DNA of 33,082 bases, taken from contig JBGSVZ010000089.1 of the NCBI GenBank assembly GCA_041752695.1, positions 1 through 33,082 of the forward strand, written 5' to 3'. Of this stretch, positions 1-10,873 are shown in pieces (the stretch's first letter is position 1; each line of letters starts with the position of its first letter). The notes beneath the pieces are model-generated. The model had not been told where the DNA came from, made no database searches, and saw nothing but the letters and a program-made list of their open reading frames with translations. This stretch comes from Terrimicrobiaceae bacterium. Lineage in GTDB: Bacteria > Verrucomicrobiota > Verrucomicrobiia > Chthoniobacterales > Terrimicrobiaceae. The translations under genes and the position numbers were made by a program.

Positions 1-58
1 ATGAGTGACAAAATTTTGAGCATTTACGGACATTTTTGGCCTTCTAGATTTTGACACG

Positions 59-97
59 AAAAAACCCACAGAGCTTGTGTTTATGAGGCTTAGCGGG
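59..97 (-). terminator. Imperfect hairpin plus U6 tract downstream of tRNA-Val (terminator-like, possibly part of an att arm)
   Basis: The minus strand reads CCCGCTAAGCC-TCATAAACACA-AGCTCTGTGGG-TTTTTT, starting about 20 nt after the tRNA CCA. The stem has mismatches. Confidence 0.4.
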
Positions 98-118
98 CGA
101 AAAGAGAGTTCTAAAAAA

Positions 119-193
119 TGGTGCGCGATACAGGGTTCGAACCTGTGACCCCTGCCGTGTCAAGGCAGTGCTCTACCACTGAGCTAACCGCGC
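119..193 (-). tRNA. tRNA-Val (anticodon GAC), CCA encoded
   Basis: The reverse complement GCGCGGTTAGCTCAGTGGTAGAGCACTGCCTTGACACGGCAGGGGTCACAGGTTCGAACCCTGTATCGCGCACCA folds as a cloverleaf. It has a 7-bp acceptor stem, anticodon stem CTGCC/GGCAG with loop TTGACAC, a GTTCGAA T-loop and a 3' ACCA. Confidence 0.97.
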
Positions 194-206
194 GTGGGGA
201 GGGGCA

Positions 207-234
207 AAAATACACAGCCGCCCGCGTCAGGCAA
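207..234 (-). promoter_or_regulatory. Putative sigma70-type promoter for tRNA-Val
   Basis: The minus strand reads TTGCCT-16 nt-TATTTT, with TGTG before the -10, 13 nt upstream of the tRNA 5' end. Confidence 0.45.
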
Positions 235-487
235 CAGAATTTCGCGCGCGATTTCTGTTTCCCGAGATCGGAACCCAGTGAAAACATCGGGACCTCACGA
301 TCCGGGGCATCGCCGACCCTCTGCGCCGAGCCGAGAACGCGGACAACTTCCGGAACACCAGGTTCTCGGGCCTCCTTCTTCGCCACCTCTCTAACGACCA
401 CGGCGCGGTGAGAAGGGAAACCCGACTTTTTTGCAGGCATTGCGTTCTTTAACGGCCACGATTTTGCTTAAACACGTCCATAAATCC

Positions 488-829
488 ATGCGACCCGTCA
501 TCACCACCATTCTCCTGCTGACCCTCTCGAATATTTTTATGATATTTGCCTGGTATGGGCATCTGAAAAACATGAAGTCCCAGCCGTGGATCTTCGCGGC
601 GCTGGTGAGTTGGGGGATCGCGCTTTTTGAATATCTGCTCCAGGTGCCGGCCAATCGCATCGGGGCGACAACCCTCACCCTGCCTCAGTTGAAAATCCTC
701 CAGGAGGTCATCACACTCTCGGTCTTTGTGCCCTTCGCGGTGCTTTACATGGGGCAACCGGTCAAGCTGGATTTCCTGTGGGCCGGGCTTTGCCTGATGG
801 GCGCGGTTTATTTTGTTTTCCGTTCCTGA
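488..829 (+). CDS. Small DMT-superfamily membrane protein (DUF486/DMT_6 type)
   Basis: 113 aa with four hydrophobic segments and the family motifs SNIFMIFAWYGHLK, SWGIALFEYLLQVPANRIG and QLKILQEVITL. ATG 488 is preferred over TTG 431. Confidence 0.85.
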   Translation: MRPVITTILLLTLSNIFMIFAWYGHLKNMKSQPWIFAALVSWGIALFEYLLQVPANRIGATTLTLPQLKILQEVITLSVFVPFAVLYMGQPVKLDFLWAGLCLMGAVYFVFRS

Positions 830-1708
830 AGCGAGCGGGCGTGCCGCGCGCAGGCGGCGAGGAATTCCGCCGCGGCACGATGGAGGGGGCGCCGCCGATG
901 CCAGAACGCCACAACCGCCCGGCGCGGCCTGGGTGCGGTCAGTGAACGGTAGCTGACCGCAGCAACGGACCGCCGACGCGCCATGGCAGGAATAAGGGAA
1001 ACTCCCTGGCCGGCTTCCACCAAGGCGAGAATGGTTTCAATCTGGGCACTGCGCGAGCGGACGCGGGGTTCGAACTGATTGCGTTCGCAAAAGCGTAACA
1101 CCTGGTCGCCGAGACAATGACCGTCCCGCATCAAAACGAAAGGCAACTGCGCCAGGTCGTCCGCGGTGATGGACTTGCGGGCCTCCAGTTTGTGTCCGGA
1201 GGGAAGCGCCAGGACCAACTCTTCCTCCAGCAGGGTCTGCACTTCCATCTGTCCGTCCGGAACGGGCAGGCTCGCGAGCGCGAAATCAATCTCATGACGA
1301 CTCATCATCCCCACCAGAGAGGCCGTGGTTTCCTCGATCATGGTAATGGTCACTCCCGGGTATTTCCGCCCAAACGCCGCGACGACGGGCGGGAGAAAAT
1401 ACGGGGCGATGGTCGGCAGCACTCCCACGATCACCTCCCCCTGCACCATGGCGTGAAGGTCCTCCGCCTCCCGGCGCGCCTCCTCGATTTCCTGCAAAAT
1501 GCGCTCGGCCCGGGGGAGAAACCGCTCGCCGCATGCCGTCAGGCGGGTCCGTGTTCGGTGCCGCTCAAACAGCCGTTCGCCGAGTTCCGTCTCGAGCTTT
1601 TGAATCTGTTGGCTCAAGGAAGGCTGGGCAACATGACACAACTTGGCCGCGCGGGAAAAGTTCCCCGCCCGGGCCACGGCCGCCACATACCGAAGCTGGT
1701 GAATTTCC

Positions 1709-1710
<2 letters not shown>
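808..1710 (-). CDS. oxyR: LysR-family H2O2 sensor OxyR
   Basis: LysR HTH (NFSRAAKLCHVAQPSLSQQIQKLE) and DGHCLGDQVLRFC, which carries both redox cysteines (E. coli C199/C208 motif DGHCLRDQAMGFC). The gene is divergent from katG. Confidence 0.9.
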
Positions 1711-4062
<2,352 letters not shown>

Positions 4063-4099
4063 GCCGAAGGCAATCGCCGACAGCGTTACCTGAGGGAAG

Positions 4100-4121
4100 G
4101 GACGGCTGGCCTCAGTCGTCC
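4100..4121. repeat. REP-like hairpin between convergent katG and kinase genes (may act as a terminator)
   Basis: GGACGGCTG-GCCT-CAGTCGTCC forms a 9-bp stem with one G-T pair and has no U tract. Confidence 0.4.
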
Positions 4122-5713
4122 TACTCAACCCGGGCGCTGGCCAGCGCCTGGGCAAGGACGGGGACCTTGATGGGCTTGTTCATGTAAAAATCCATGCCCA
4201 CGGCAAAGCAGCGCTCGCGGTCTTCGGCGACGATGTTGGAGGTAAGGGCCGAAATGAAAGCGCGGTCGAGCGACTCTGCGGTTTCGAAATCGCGAATATC
4301 GACGGTGGCCTGCAGGCCGTCCTTTCGCGGCATCTGGAGATCCATCAGGATGCAGTCGGGCCGCTCGCTTTGGTAAATCTCCACCGCCTCGACACCGTCC
4401 TGCGCGATCAAAGGGGTATAGCCAAGCTTGCGGAGCACGAGGACCATCAGTTTGCGGTTCACGGCATCATCCTCGACGAGCAGAATGCGCAGGGGATAGT
4501 GGGCGGCGAAGGTCTGATCCAGCGCCTCGTCGAAGGATTTCGATTCCGGTTCCAGGGGAGCCACGGGCATACCGAAGGGCAAAATCACCCGAAACTCGGA
4601 CCCGCGGCCGACCGCGCTGCGGACCTCGAGTTTTCCGCCCATCAGTTCCACCAGATTGCGGGAGATCGCAAGGCCGAGTCCGGTCCCTCCGTGCCGCCGC
4701 GAAATACTGGAGTCCGCCTGCACGAAAGGCTGAAAAATCTGCCCGAGATCCGCCTCGGGAATTCCGGGCCCGGTATCGCGCAGGAAGATTTCCAGCGTTT
4801 CCGCGTTTTCCGCTCCGCGCTCCATGCCGAGCACAATGGAGCCTGACTCGGTAAATTTCAGGGCATTGCCCGCGAGGTTGAGCAGGATTTGGCGCAGCCG
4901 ACCGCTGTCATTCCAGACCTCCCGCGGGAGGTCCGCGGCGAGTTCCAGGCGAAAATCCAAACCCTTTTCCGCAGCGCCGGGGCCGAGCAGGACGTGGATA
5001 CTCCGGAGCACCTCGACGGGTGCAAACAGCGCTTTTTCGATCTTCAGCCCACCGGCTTCCATTCGGCTGATATCCAGAATGTCGTCGAGAATTCTCAGCA
5101 AGGCCTCTCCGCTGGACCGGATGGTCTGCGTGAGATCGAGCGCCTCTGCAGGGACCCCCGGCAAGCCCGCGAGGATTTCGGAAAACCCCAGGATGCCGTT
5201 CATGGGCGTTCGGATTTCGTGACTCATCACGGCGAGGAACTCGCTCTTCGCCCGGTTGCCGGCCTCCGCTTCCCGAGCCAGGTGGGTTTCGCGCTCGAGG
5301 GCCAACGCCAGTTTCGCCTCTCGTTTCCGTTCCTCCGTGACGTCGCGAAAGGTCCAGATTCGTCCGTTAAGATTTCCGGCCTTGTCCAGCACGGGGGCGG
5401 AGTAGCGATCGAGAATCTTGCCATCGATCAACTCCACCTCGTCACGCGTCGTTTCTCCGGGATTGGCGACGAGGTAAGCGACCCTTTCGGCGAATTTCTC
5501 GGGATCCTTGGTCTGGGAAATGGCAAATTCGAGCTGACGGGTATCGTCGGGATCGTCGGCAAATTCCTGCGGAACGTTCCAGAGATCGACCAGCCGCTGG
5601 TTCTGGAAAACTTTCTCCCCGTGAACATCGACGATCATGATGCCGTCTAGCGCAGAGTTCACCTGCGCTTCGAAAAACTCCGCCCGTTTCCGGGCCAACT
5701 CGGCCTCGTCCAC
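4121..5713 (-). CDS. Hybrid sensor histidine kinase/response regulator (PAS-HisKA-HATPase-REC), cytoplasmic
   Basis: PAS-like N-terminus, H-box FLAVMSHEIRTPMNG, N-box QILLNLAGNALKFT, DTGPGI, GGTGLGLAIS and receiver LLVEDD...ILMDLQMP...NKP. No TM segment. The GTG start is uncertain. Confidence 0.92.
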   Translation of the reverse strand: MDEAELARKRAEFFEAQVNSALDGIMIVDVHGEKVFQNQRLVDLWNVPQEFADDPDDTRQLEFAISQTKDPEKFAERVAYLVANPGETTRDEVELIDGKILDRYSAPVLDKAGNLNGRIWTFRDVTEERKREAKLALALERETHLAREAEAGNRAKSEFLAVMSHEIRTPMNGILGFSEILAGLPGVPAEALDLTQTIRSSGEALLRILDDILDISRMEAGGLKIEKALFAPVEVLRSIHVLLGPGAAEKGLDFRLELAADLPREVWNDSGRLRQILLNLAGNALKFTESGSIVLGMERGAENAETLEIFLRDTGPGIPEADLGQIFQPFVQADSSISRRHGGTGLGLAISRNLVELMGGKLEVRSAVGRGSEFRVILPFGMPVAPLEPESKSFDEALDQTFAAHYPLRILLVEDDAVNRKLMVLVLRKLGYTPLIAQDGVEAVEIYQSERPDCILMDLQMPRKDGLQATVDIRDFETAESLDRAFISALTSNIVAEDRERCFAVGMDFYMNKPIKVPVLAQALASARVE

Positions 5714-5725
5714 CAGGCGATCAGC

Positions 5726-6973
5726 CTACCGATCGCACTCGCCCATCACGAAATCGACCGATCCGAGGATGGTGACGACGTCGCTGACCATGTGGCCGGG
5801 GAGGATCTTGGGGAGGATGCTCAGGTTGACAAAGCTGGGAGCGCGAATTTTCAGGCGATACGGGACGCCGCCCCCTTTGCTGTGGATGTAAAAACCAAGT
5901 TCGCCCTTGGGGTTTTCTGCGCCGAAATACACCTCGCCGGGAGGCGCGTCGACGCCTTCGGTGACGCGGATGAAATGGTGAATAAGCTCCTCCATTTTGG
6001 TCATCACCTCCACCTTGGGCGGAAGGGTTTGTTTCGGATCGATGTAGTTGATCGGACCCGAAGGCAGCTTGTCGATCACCTGTTCGAGGATGCGGAGGCT
6101 CTGGCGCATTTCCTCCATGCGCACGAGGTAACGATCGTAACTGTCACCCACCGAGCCCACCGGAATCTCGAAGTCGTATTTTTCGTAATCGAGGTAGGGG
6201 TGTTTGCGGCGGAGGTCGTGCTCGATGCCGGACCCCCGCAGGTTCGGACCGGAGAGGGCGTAGGCAATCGCGTCTTCTTTGGAAATCACGCCCACGTTTT
6301 GGCAACGATCGACGAAAATCCGGTTACGGGTCAGCAGGGCGCTGACTTCCTCGATCACGGGCTTCACCGTGCGGATGAATTCCTGCAACTGCGGGATGAA
6401 GGTATCCGGCAGGTCATGGGTCTGTCCGCCCACCCGGGTGTAGCTGGTGGTGAACCGGGCGCCGCTGAGCTGCTCGATCAGGTTGTAGATTTTTTCGCGC
6501 TCCGTGAAGGTGTACATGAACACCGTCACCGCCCCGATATCCATCGCCATGCAACCGACTCCGAGCATGTGGGAGGAAATACGGGCCAGCTCACAGCAAA
6601 TGACGCGAATGGCCTTGCCGCGGGCGGGAATTTCCCAGCCCATGAGTTTTTCCACAGCGAGGGCGTAGGCCACGTTGTTGGCAATGGGCGCGAGGTAATC
6701 CAGCCGGTCCGTGTAGGGCACGAACTGGTTGTATTGCATGTTTTCGGCAATTTTTTCGTCCCCGCGATGCAGATAGCCGATGTCGGGAGTGGCCTTGGTG
6801 ATGAGTTCGCCGTCGAGATCAAGAATAACCCGCAGCACTCCGTGGGTGGAGGGATGGGAGGGGCCCATGTTGAGCGTGAGTTGCTCGCCCATCAGTTCCC
6901 CCACATCCTGCGCGTCGCGGACACTTTGCAGGCCGCGGGCGAGGGCGTCGGGTTGTTCGATCGTCGTTGCCAT
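5726..6973 (-). CDS. nuoD: NADH-quinone oxidoreductase subunit D
   Basis: Motifs NMGPSHPSTHGVLR, GYLHRG, YTDRLDY, ENPKGELG, RLKIRAPSF and C-terminal GECDR. ATG 6973 is preferred; GTG 7006 is possible. Confidence 0.95.
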   Translation of the reverse strand: MATTIEQPDALARGLQSVRDAQDVGELMGEQLTLNMGPSHPSTHGVLRVILDLDGELITKATPDIGYLHRGDEKIAENMQYNQFVPYTDRLDYLAPIANNVAYALAVEKLMGWEIPARGKAIRVICCELARISSHMLGVGCMAMDIGAVTVFMYTFTEREKIYNLIEQLSGARFTTSYTRVGGQTHDLPDTFIPQLQEFIRTVKPVIEEVSALLTRNRIFVDRCQNVGVISKEDAIAYALSGPNLRGSGIEHDLRRKHPYLDYEKYDFEIPVGSVGDSYDRYLVRMEEMRQSLRILEQVIDKLPSGPINYIDPKQTLPPKVEVMTKMEELIHHFIRVTEGVDAPPGEVYFGAENPKGELGFYIHSKGGGVPYRLKIRAPSFVNLSILPKILPGHMVSDVVTILGSVDFVMGECDR

Positions 6974-7050
6974 GTCTTGGAAATCGGTGGTTTTCAGATT
7001 GGACACGCGTCCCCTTTACGCATTGGTTTCGTATAGGGACTCGGTTTTCC

Positions 7051-8367
7051 ATGCATACTTCTTCTTCTTCGGACAAAATTGCAAGTCCGCCGGTTGTTGT
7101 CATAATCGGCGGCGGCTTCGGCGGTCTCAGCGCGGCCAAGGCACTCTCCGGCGCACCGGTCAGGGTGATCCTCATCGACCGCAGCAACCACTACCTCTTT
7201 CAGCCTCTGCTTTACCAGGTGGCCACGGCGGGATTGTCTCCCGCGGACATCGCCCAACCCATCCGGGGCATCCTCCGCGACCAGGAAAACGTGACCGTGG
7301 TGCTCGATGAGGTGAAGGAAATCCGGCCGGACACCCGCGAGGTGGTCACCCCGGACATCATCTTCCACTACGACCACCTCATCGTCGCAGCCGGGGCGCG
7401 GCATCATTATTTCGGCCATGACGACTGGGAACAATTCGCCCCGGGCCTGAAAAGCCTGGCCGACGCCACCGAAATCCGCCGCCGGGTGCTCCTCGCCTTC
7501 GAGGTCGCGGAAAAAGCCCGAACCGACGCCGAACGCATTCCGGCCATGACCTTTGTCGTGGTCGGAGCTGGACCCACCGGCGTGGAAATGGCGGGAGCAA
7601 TCTCGGAACTGGCCCGATTTACCCTCCGCAAAGACTTCCGCGTGATCGATCCCGCCGACGCCCGCGTCATTCTGGTGGAAGCCGGCCCCCGTGTGCTGCC
7701 GACCTTCGCGCCGGAACTTTCCGAGAGCGCCCTCAAGCAACTCCAGGACCTCAAGGTGGAGGTGAAACTGAACAGCGCCGTCACCCGGCTCGCGGAGGGT
7801 GAAGTCGACATCAATCAAGAAGTCATTCCCACCCGGACGGTTGTCTGGGCGGCGGGAAATAAAGCCTCGGGTCTGGCCGCCATGCTGGGCGGGGAAACAG
7901 ACCGTCAGGGCCGCGTCAAGGTGAACCCGGACCTCACCGTCGCAGGCCGCCCTGAAATCCAGGCCATCGGCGACATGATTTCCGCCACCTACGACGACGG
8001 CAAACCCGTCCCCGGCGTGAGCCCGGCCGCCATGCAGGCCGGCAAACACGCGGCGGAAAACATCCTGCGCCAGCTCAAAGGCGAAAAACCCGTGGAGTGG
8101 AAATATTTCGACAAGGGCAGCATGGCCACCATCGGGCGGAATGCGGCGGTCGCGCAGGTCGGACCGTTCAAATTCGGCGGCATCATCGCCTGGGCGGCGT
8201 GGGTGTTTGTCCACCTACTTTTCCTGATGGGCTTCCGCAACCGTTCCGCCGTCTTCCTGCAATGGGTCTGGGCCTATTTCACCTATGGCAAGGGCGCCCG
8301 CCTCATCTCGGGGAGTGCCGGAAAATGGGGCGTGCTGACCACTCCTCCGGCGGGGAGAAACCACTAA
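7051..8367 (+). CDS. ndh: Type II NADH:quinone oxidoreductase (NDH-2)
   Basis: Two Rossmann motifs (IIGGGFGG, VVGAGPTGVE), FQPLLYQVAT, acidic ILVEAG suggesting NADH, DKGSMATIGR and a C-terminal amphipathic anchor. Confidence 0.92.
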   Translation: MHTSSSSDKIASPPVVVIIGGGFGGLSAAKALSGAPVRVILIDRSNHYLFQPLLYQVATAGLSPADIAQPIRGILRDQENVTVVLDEVKEIRPDTREVVTPDIIFHYDHLIVAAGARHHYFGHDDWEQFAPGLKSLADATEIRRRVLLAFEVAEKARTDAERIPAMTFVVVGAGPTGVEMAGAISELARFTLRKDFRVIDPADARVILVEAGPRVLPTFAPELSESALKQLQDLKVEVKLNSAVTRLAEGEVDINQEVIPTRTVVWAAGNKASGLAAMLGGETDRQGRVKVNPDLTVAGRPEIQAIGDMISATYDDGKPVPGVSPAAMQAGKHAAENILRQLKGEKPVEWKYFDKGSMATIGRNAAVAQVGPFKFGGIIAWAAWVFVHLLFLMGFRNRSAVFLQWVWAYFTYGKGARLISGSAGKWGVLTTPPAGRNH

Positions 8368-8513
8368 TTTCCACTAATGGGCACTAATGTTTTTGCCACA
8401 TGGAACAATTACCCTGTGAAAATTTTTAGCCGCCCTTTCAGCCTTCGTTATCTTCGTTTCCTTTAGTAGAATTCGAATTCCGGTTTAGTGCATTTTGGTG
8501 AATATTAGTGGTT
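8359..8513. repeat. Inverted repeat built from 10-bp-periodic CACTAAT units, with an inner 9-bp-periodic CTTCGTT repeat
   Basis: The left arm AACCACTAATTTCCACTAATGGGCACTAA matches the reverse complement of the right arm, AACCACTAATATTCACCAAAATGCACTAA. CTTCGTT occurs at 8443 and 8452, and the palindrome GAATTCGAATTC at 8469-8480. Confidence 0.7.
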
Positions 8514-9448
8514 CCAAAATCTCCTCCATCGCCATCGTCGGCTCGGGTTCCATCGGGCTCTTCTACGGGGGAAAACTGGCAGCAGCGGGCCATGACGTCC
8601 GCTTCCTGCTTCGCGCCGGATACGAAGATGCGAAACACAACGGCATCCGCATCTTCAGTCCGGCGGGTGGTGACGTTCATCTCACCCAACCGCAGATTTT
8701 CCGCACGCCGGAGGAAGTCGGCCCCGTCGATTGGGTGATTGTCTCGGTCAAAGCGACGGCGAACGGCGTCTTGCCCGCGATCATCCCTCCCCTGCTCCAT
8801 CCAGACACCGCTTTGCTGACCTTGCAAAACGGGCTCGGCGGCGACGAGTTTCTGGCGGAACATTTCGGCGCCGAGCGGGTGCTGGGTGGATTGTGTTTCG
8901 TCTGCCTGACGCGCCGGACCCCCGCCAGCGTGGACCATGTCGGGCAGGGCACGCTCTCCATCGGGGAGTTCGGCCGCGCCCCGCTTCCTCGCACGCGAGC
9001 CCTGGTGGAGGCTTTTGCCGCCACCGGCATTCACACCCGCCTCGTCGACGATCTGGCCAATGAGCGTTGGCGGAAACTGGCCTGGAACATCCCGTTCAAC
9101 GGCCTCGCCGTCGCGGCGGGGGGAAAAACCACCGATCAGATCCTCGCGGACCCCGTCCTCCACGCCGAATGCCGCGCACTGATGGACGAGGTGATCGCCA
9201 CGGCCAACGCCCTCGGCCATCCCATCGAAAAAGAATACGCTGATTTTCATATTGAACGCACCTACCCGATGGGTCCCTACAAACCCTCGACCCTGGTCGA
9301 TTGGCTGGCGGGTCAGGAACTTGAAATCGAACCCATCTGGGGTGAGCCCTTGAGAAAAACGCAGGCCGCAGGGATTGCGATGCCGCACCTGGAAAAACTC
9401 TACGATACGCTAAAAAGGCAATCCCTCACTCGGTCGCCGCGCCGATAA
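8498..9448 (+). CDS. panE: 2-dehydropantoate 2-reductase (ketopantoate reductase) family protein
   Basis: Motifs IAIVGSGSIG, VSVKA, LQNGLG, WRKLAWNIPFN and YKPSTLVD...ELEIEPI. The start is uncertain (TTG 8495 or GTG 8498). Confidence 0.85.
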   Translation: MNISGSKISSIAIVGSGSIGLFYGGKLAAAGHDVRFLLRAGYEDAKHNGIRIFSPAGGDVHLTQPQIFRTPEEVGPVDWVIVSVKATANGVLPAIIPPLLHPDTALLTLQNGLGGDEFLAEHFGAERVLGGLCFVCLTRRTPASVDHVGQGTLSIGEFGRAPLPRTRALVEAFAATGIHTRLVDDLANERWRKLAWNIPFNGLAVAAGGKTTDQILADPVLHAECRALMDEVIATANALGHPIEKEYADFHIERTYPMGPYKPSTLVDWLAGQELEIEPIWGEPLRKTQAAGIAMPHLEKLYDTLKRQSLTRSPRR

Positions 9449-9911
9449 AGATTTCCGACACTTTGCCCTTCTCGATCTGGAAGATCACTCCGCCATAGAC
9501 TGAGCCCGCGACGAAACTCTCCCCCCGCACGCTGGACTCCTTGTCTTCCACCGCGCCGTACGCTTTCCGCACTTCGGCCTCGCTGCTGCCAATCCGAATT
9601 CCTCTCGCCGTGGCCAGGGTGCAGCCTGCTGACGCGGAGATGCTGAAGAGTCTTTTAGCCCCGCCCTTCGAACCCGAGGCCAGGGCAAGAGTGAGACCCT
9701 TGGTGGGATATTTCCAGTCTTGGACCCATTCCCCAATGGCCTCCCACTTCGTGTCCTTGCCTTTGGATTCCGGCTTGCCGAGGAGCGTCACGACCGCCTC
9801 CGCTTTTTGCCCGAGGACAAGCTTTCCAAAGGCTTCTTGATCAACCTCCACCTCCCCCGCGTGCAAAGGCAAAATCCAAGCCACCAAAACCCCGATGAGC
9901 AGTCGTTTCAT
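9426..9911 (-). CDS. Secreted hypothetical protein, 161 aa, with an internal duplicated motif
   Basis: Signal peptide MKRLLIGVLVAWILPLHA and two related motifs, GKLVLGQKAEAVVTLLGKPE and RGIRIGSSEAEVRKAYGAVE. The ORF-track extension to 10406 is antisense to PNP and is rejected. Confidence 0.75.
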   Translation of the reverse strand: MKRLLIGVLVAWILPLHAGEVEVDQEAFGKLVLGQKAEAVVTLLGKPESKGKDTKWEAIGEWVQDWKYPTKGLTLALASGSKGGAKRLFSISASAGCTLATARGIRIGSSEAEVRKAYGAVEDKESSVRGESFVAGSVYGGVIFQIEKGKVSEIFIGAATE

Positions 9912-9983
9912 GGCCGGAAAGCTGGGCGTTTTGCTTCCCGAAAACAAGCATGACGTTCGCACGCTTCCTGCTAAGACAGCGTC

Positions 9984-10772
9984 ATGCCTGACGAATTTTC
10001 CCAGATTCCGGAAACGCTGAAAAACTGCGACGCGAAGCTCGCCATCGTCCTGGGCTCCGGACTGGGGCCATTCGCCGAATCGCTCGAACACGAACTCGTC
10101 GTGCATTACGGCGATGTCCCGGATCTTCCCGTCTCCCGCGTGCCGGGTCATGCCGGTCGCTTCATCCTGGCGAGGCTCGCTGGCCGGCCCCTCCTCATCG
10201 CGCAGGGACGGGTGCATTTGTATGAAGGCTGGGACGCCAAGGACGTGACGCAGGCCGTCCGTCTGATGCATCAGATCGGCGTGGAAACCCTCATTCTCAC
10301 CAACGCCGCGGGCACCGTGAATCCGGGATTTCCGCCGGGCGACTGGATGATGCTCAACGACCACATCAACCTCACCGGGCACTCGCCGCTGCATGGCGGC
10401 GCGCATTTTTTCGATATGAGCGAGGTCTATGATCGCTCCCTGCGTTCAGTTTTTCACGACACCGCCGCCACGCTCGGCATCCGGCTGCACGAAGGCGTTT
10501 ATGCCGCCATGCCCGGCCCACAATACGAAACCCCGGCGGAAATTCGCATGCTGAAAATCCTCGGCGCGGACGCGGTCGGCATGTCCACCGTGCCGGAAGC
10601 CATCCAGGCGCGCGCGCTCGGCCTGCGCGTCGCGGCATTTTCCTGTCTGACCAACTGGGGATCGGGACTGTCGCCGGACACCTTGAGCCATGAAGAAGTG
10701 ACCGAAACCGGCCGCCACGCGGCGGGCACTCTCGTGCGACTGCTTCATGCGGTGCTGCCGGAGATCGCGTGA
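9984..10772 (+). CDS. punA: Purine-nucleoside phosphorylase (trimeric PNP I/XapA type)
   Basis: Motifs VLGSGLG, QGRVHLYEG, LTNAAG, GPQYETPAE, VGMSTVPE and CLTN. The Glu and Asn indicate 6-oxopurine specificity. Confidence 0.93.
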   Translation: MPDEFSQIPETLKNCDAKLAIVLGSGLGPFAESLEHELVVHYGDVPDLPVSRVPGHAGRFILARLAGRPLLIAQGRVHLYEGWDAKDVTQAVRLMHQIGVETLILTNAAGTVNPGFPPGDWMMLNDHINLTGHSPLHGGAHFFDMSEVYDRSLRSVFHDTAATLGIRLHEGVYAAMPGPQYETPAEIRMLKILGADAVGMSTVPEAIQARALGLRVAAFSCLTNWGSGLSPDTLSHEEVTETGRHAAGTLVRLLHAVLPEIA

Positions 10773-10873
10773 ACCAGGGCTGTGCCTGCCTCCACAGGCC
10801 CTAGACCCGATTCACGAGCTTTGTCCATGAGATCGAGGTTCCCTTTGCGAAGTTTTCAGGATATTCCCCGACC

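Noticed and set aside
111..440. Short ORFs over the tRNA and the 194-480 spacer; possible ncRNA in 260-430
   Set aside because: The ORFs overlap the tRNA and lack protein-like features. I could not recognise a riboswitch or ncRNA fold; an Rfam scan would be needed.
808..829. Convergent 3' overlaps (DMT/oxyR 22 nt; panE/secreted protein 23 nt) as antisense regulation
   Set aside because: Short tail-to-tail overlaps are common in compact GC-rich genomes, and there is no further evidence.
5726..6973. nuoD-like ORF as a group 4 [NiFe]-hydrogenase large subunit
   Set aside because: It lacks both CxxC Ni-binding motifs and has the complex I His/Tyr quinone-site motifs.
8414..8431. TGTGAAAATTTTTAGC as a Rex or CRP/FNR box
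   Set aside because: Only one half-site matches.
9912..10406. N-terminal extension of the 326-aa minus-strand ORF
   Set aside because: It is antisense to purine nucleoside phosphorylase; the real protein begins at the signal peptide (ATG 9911).
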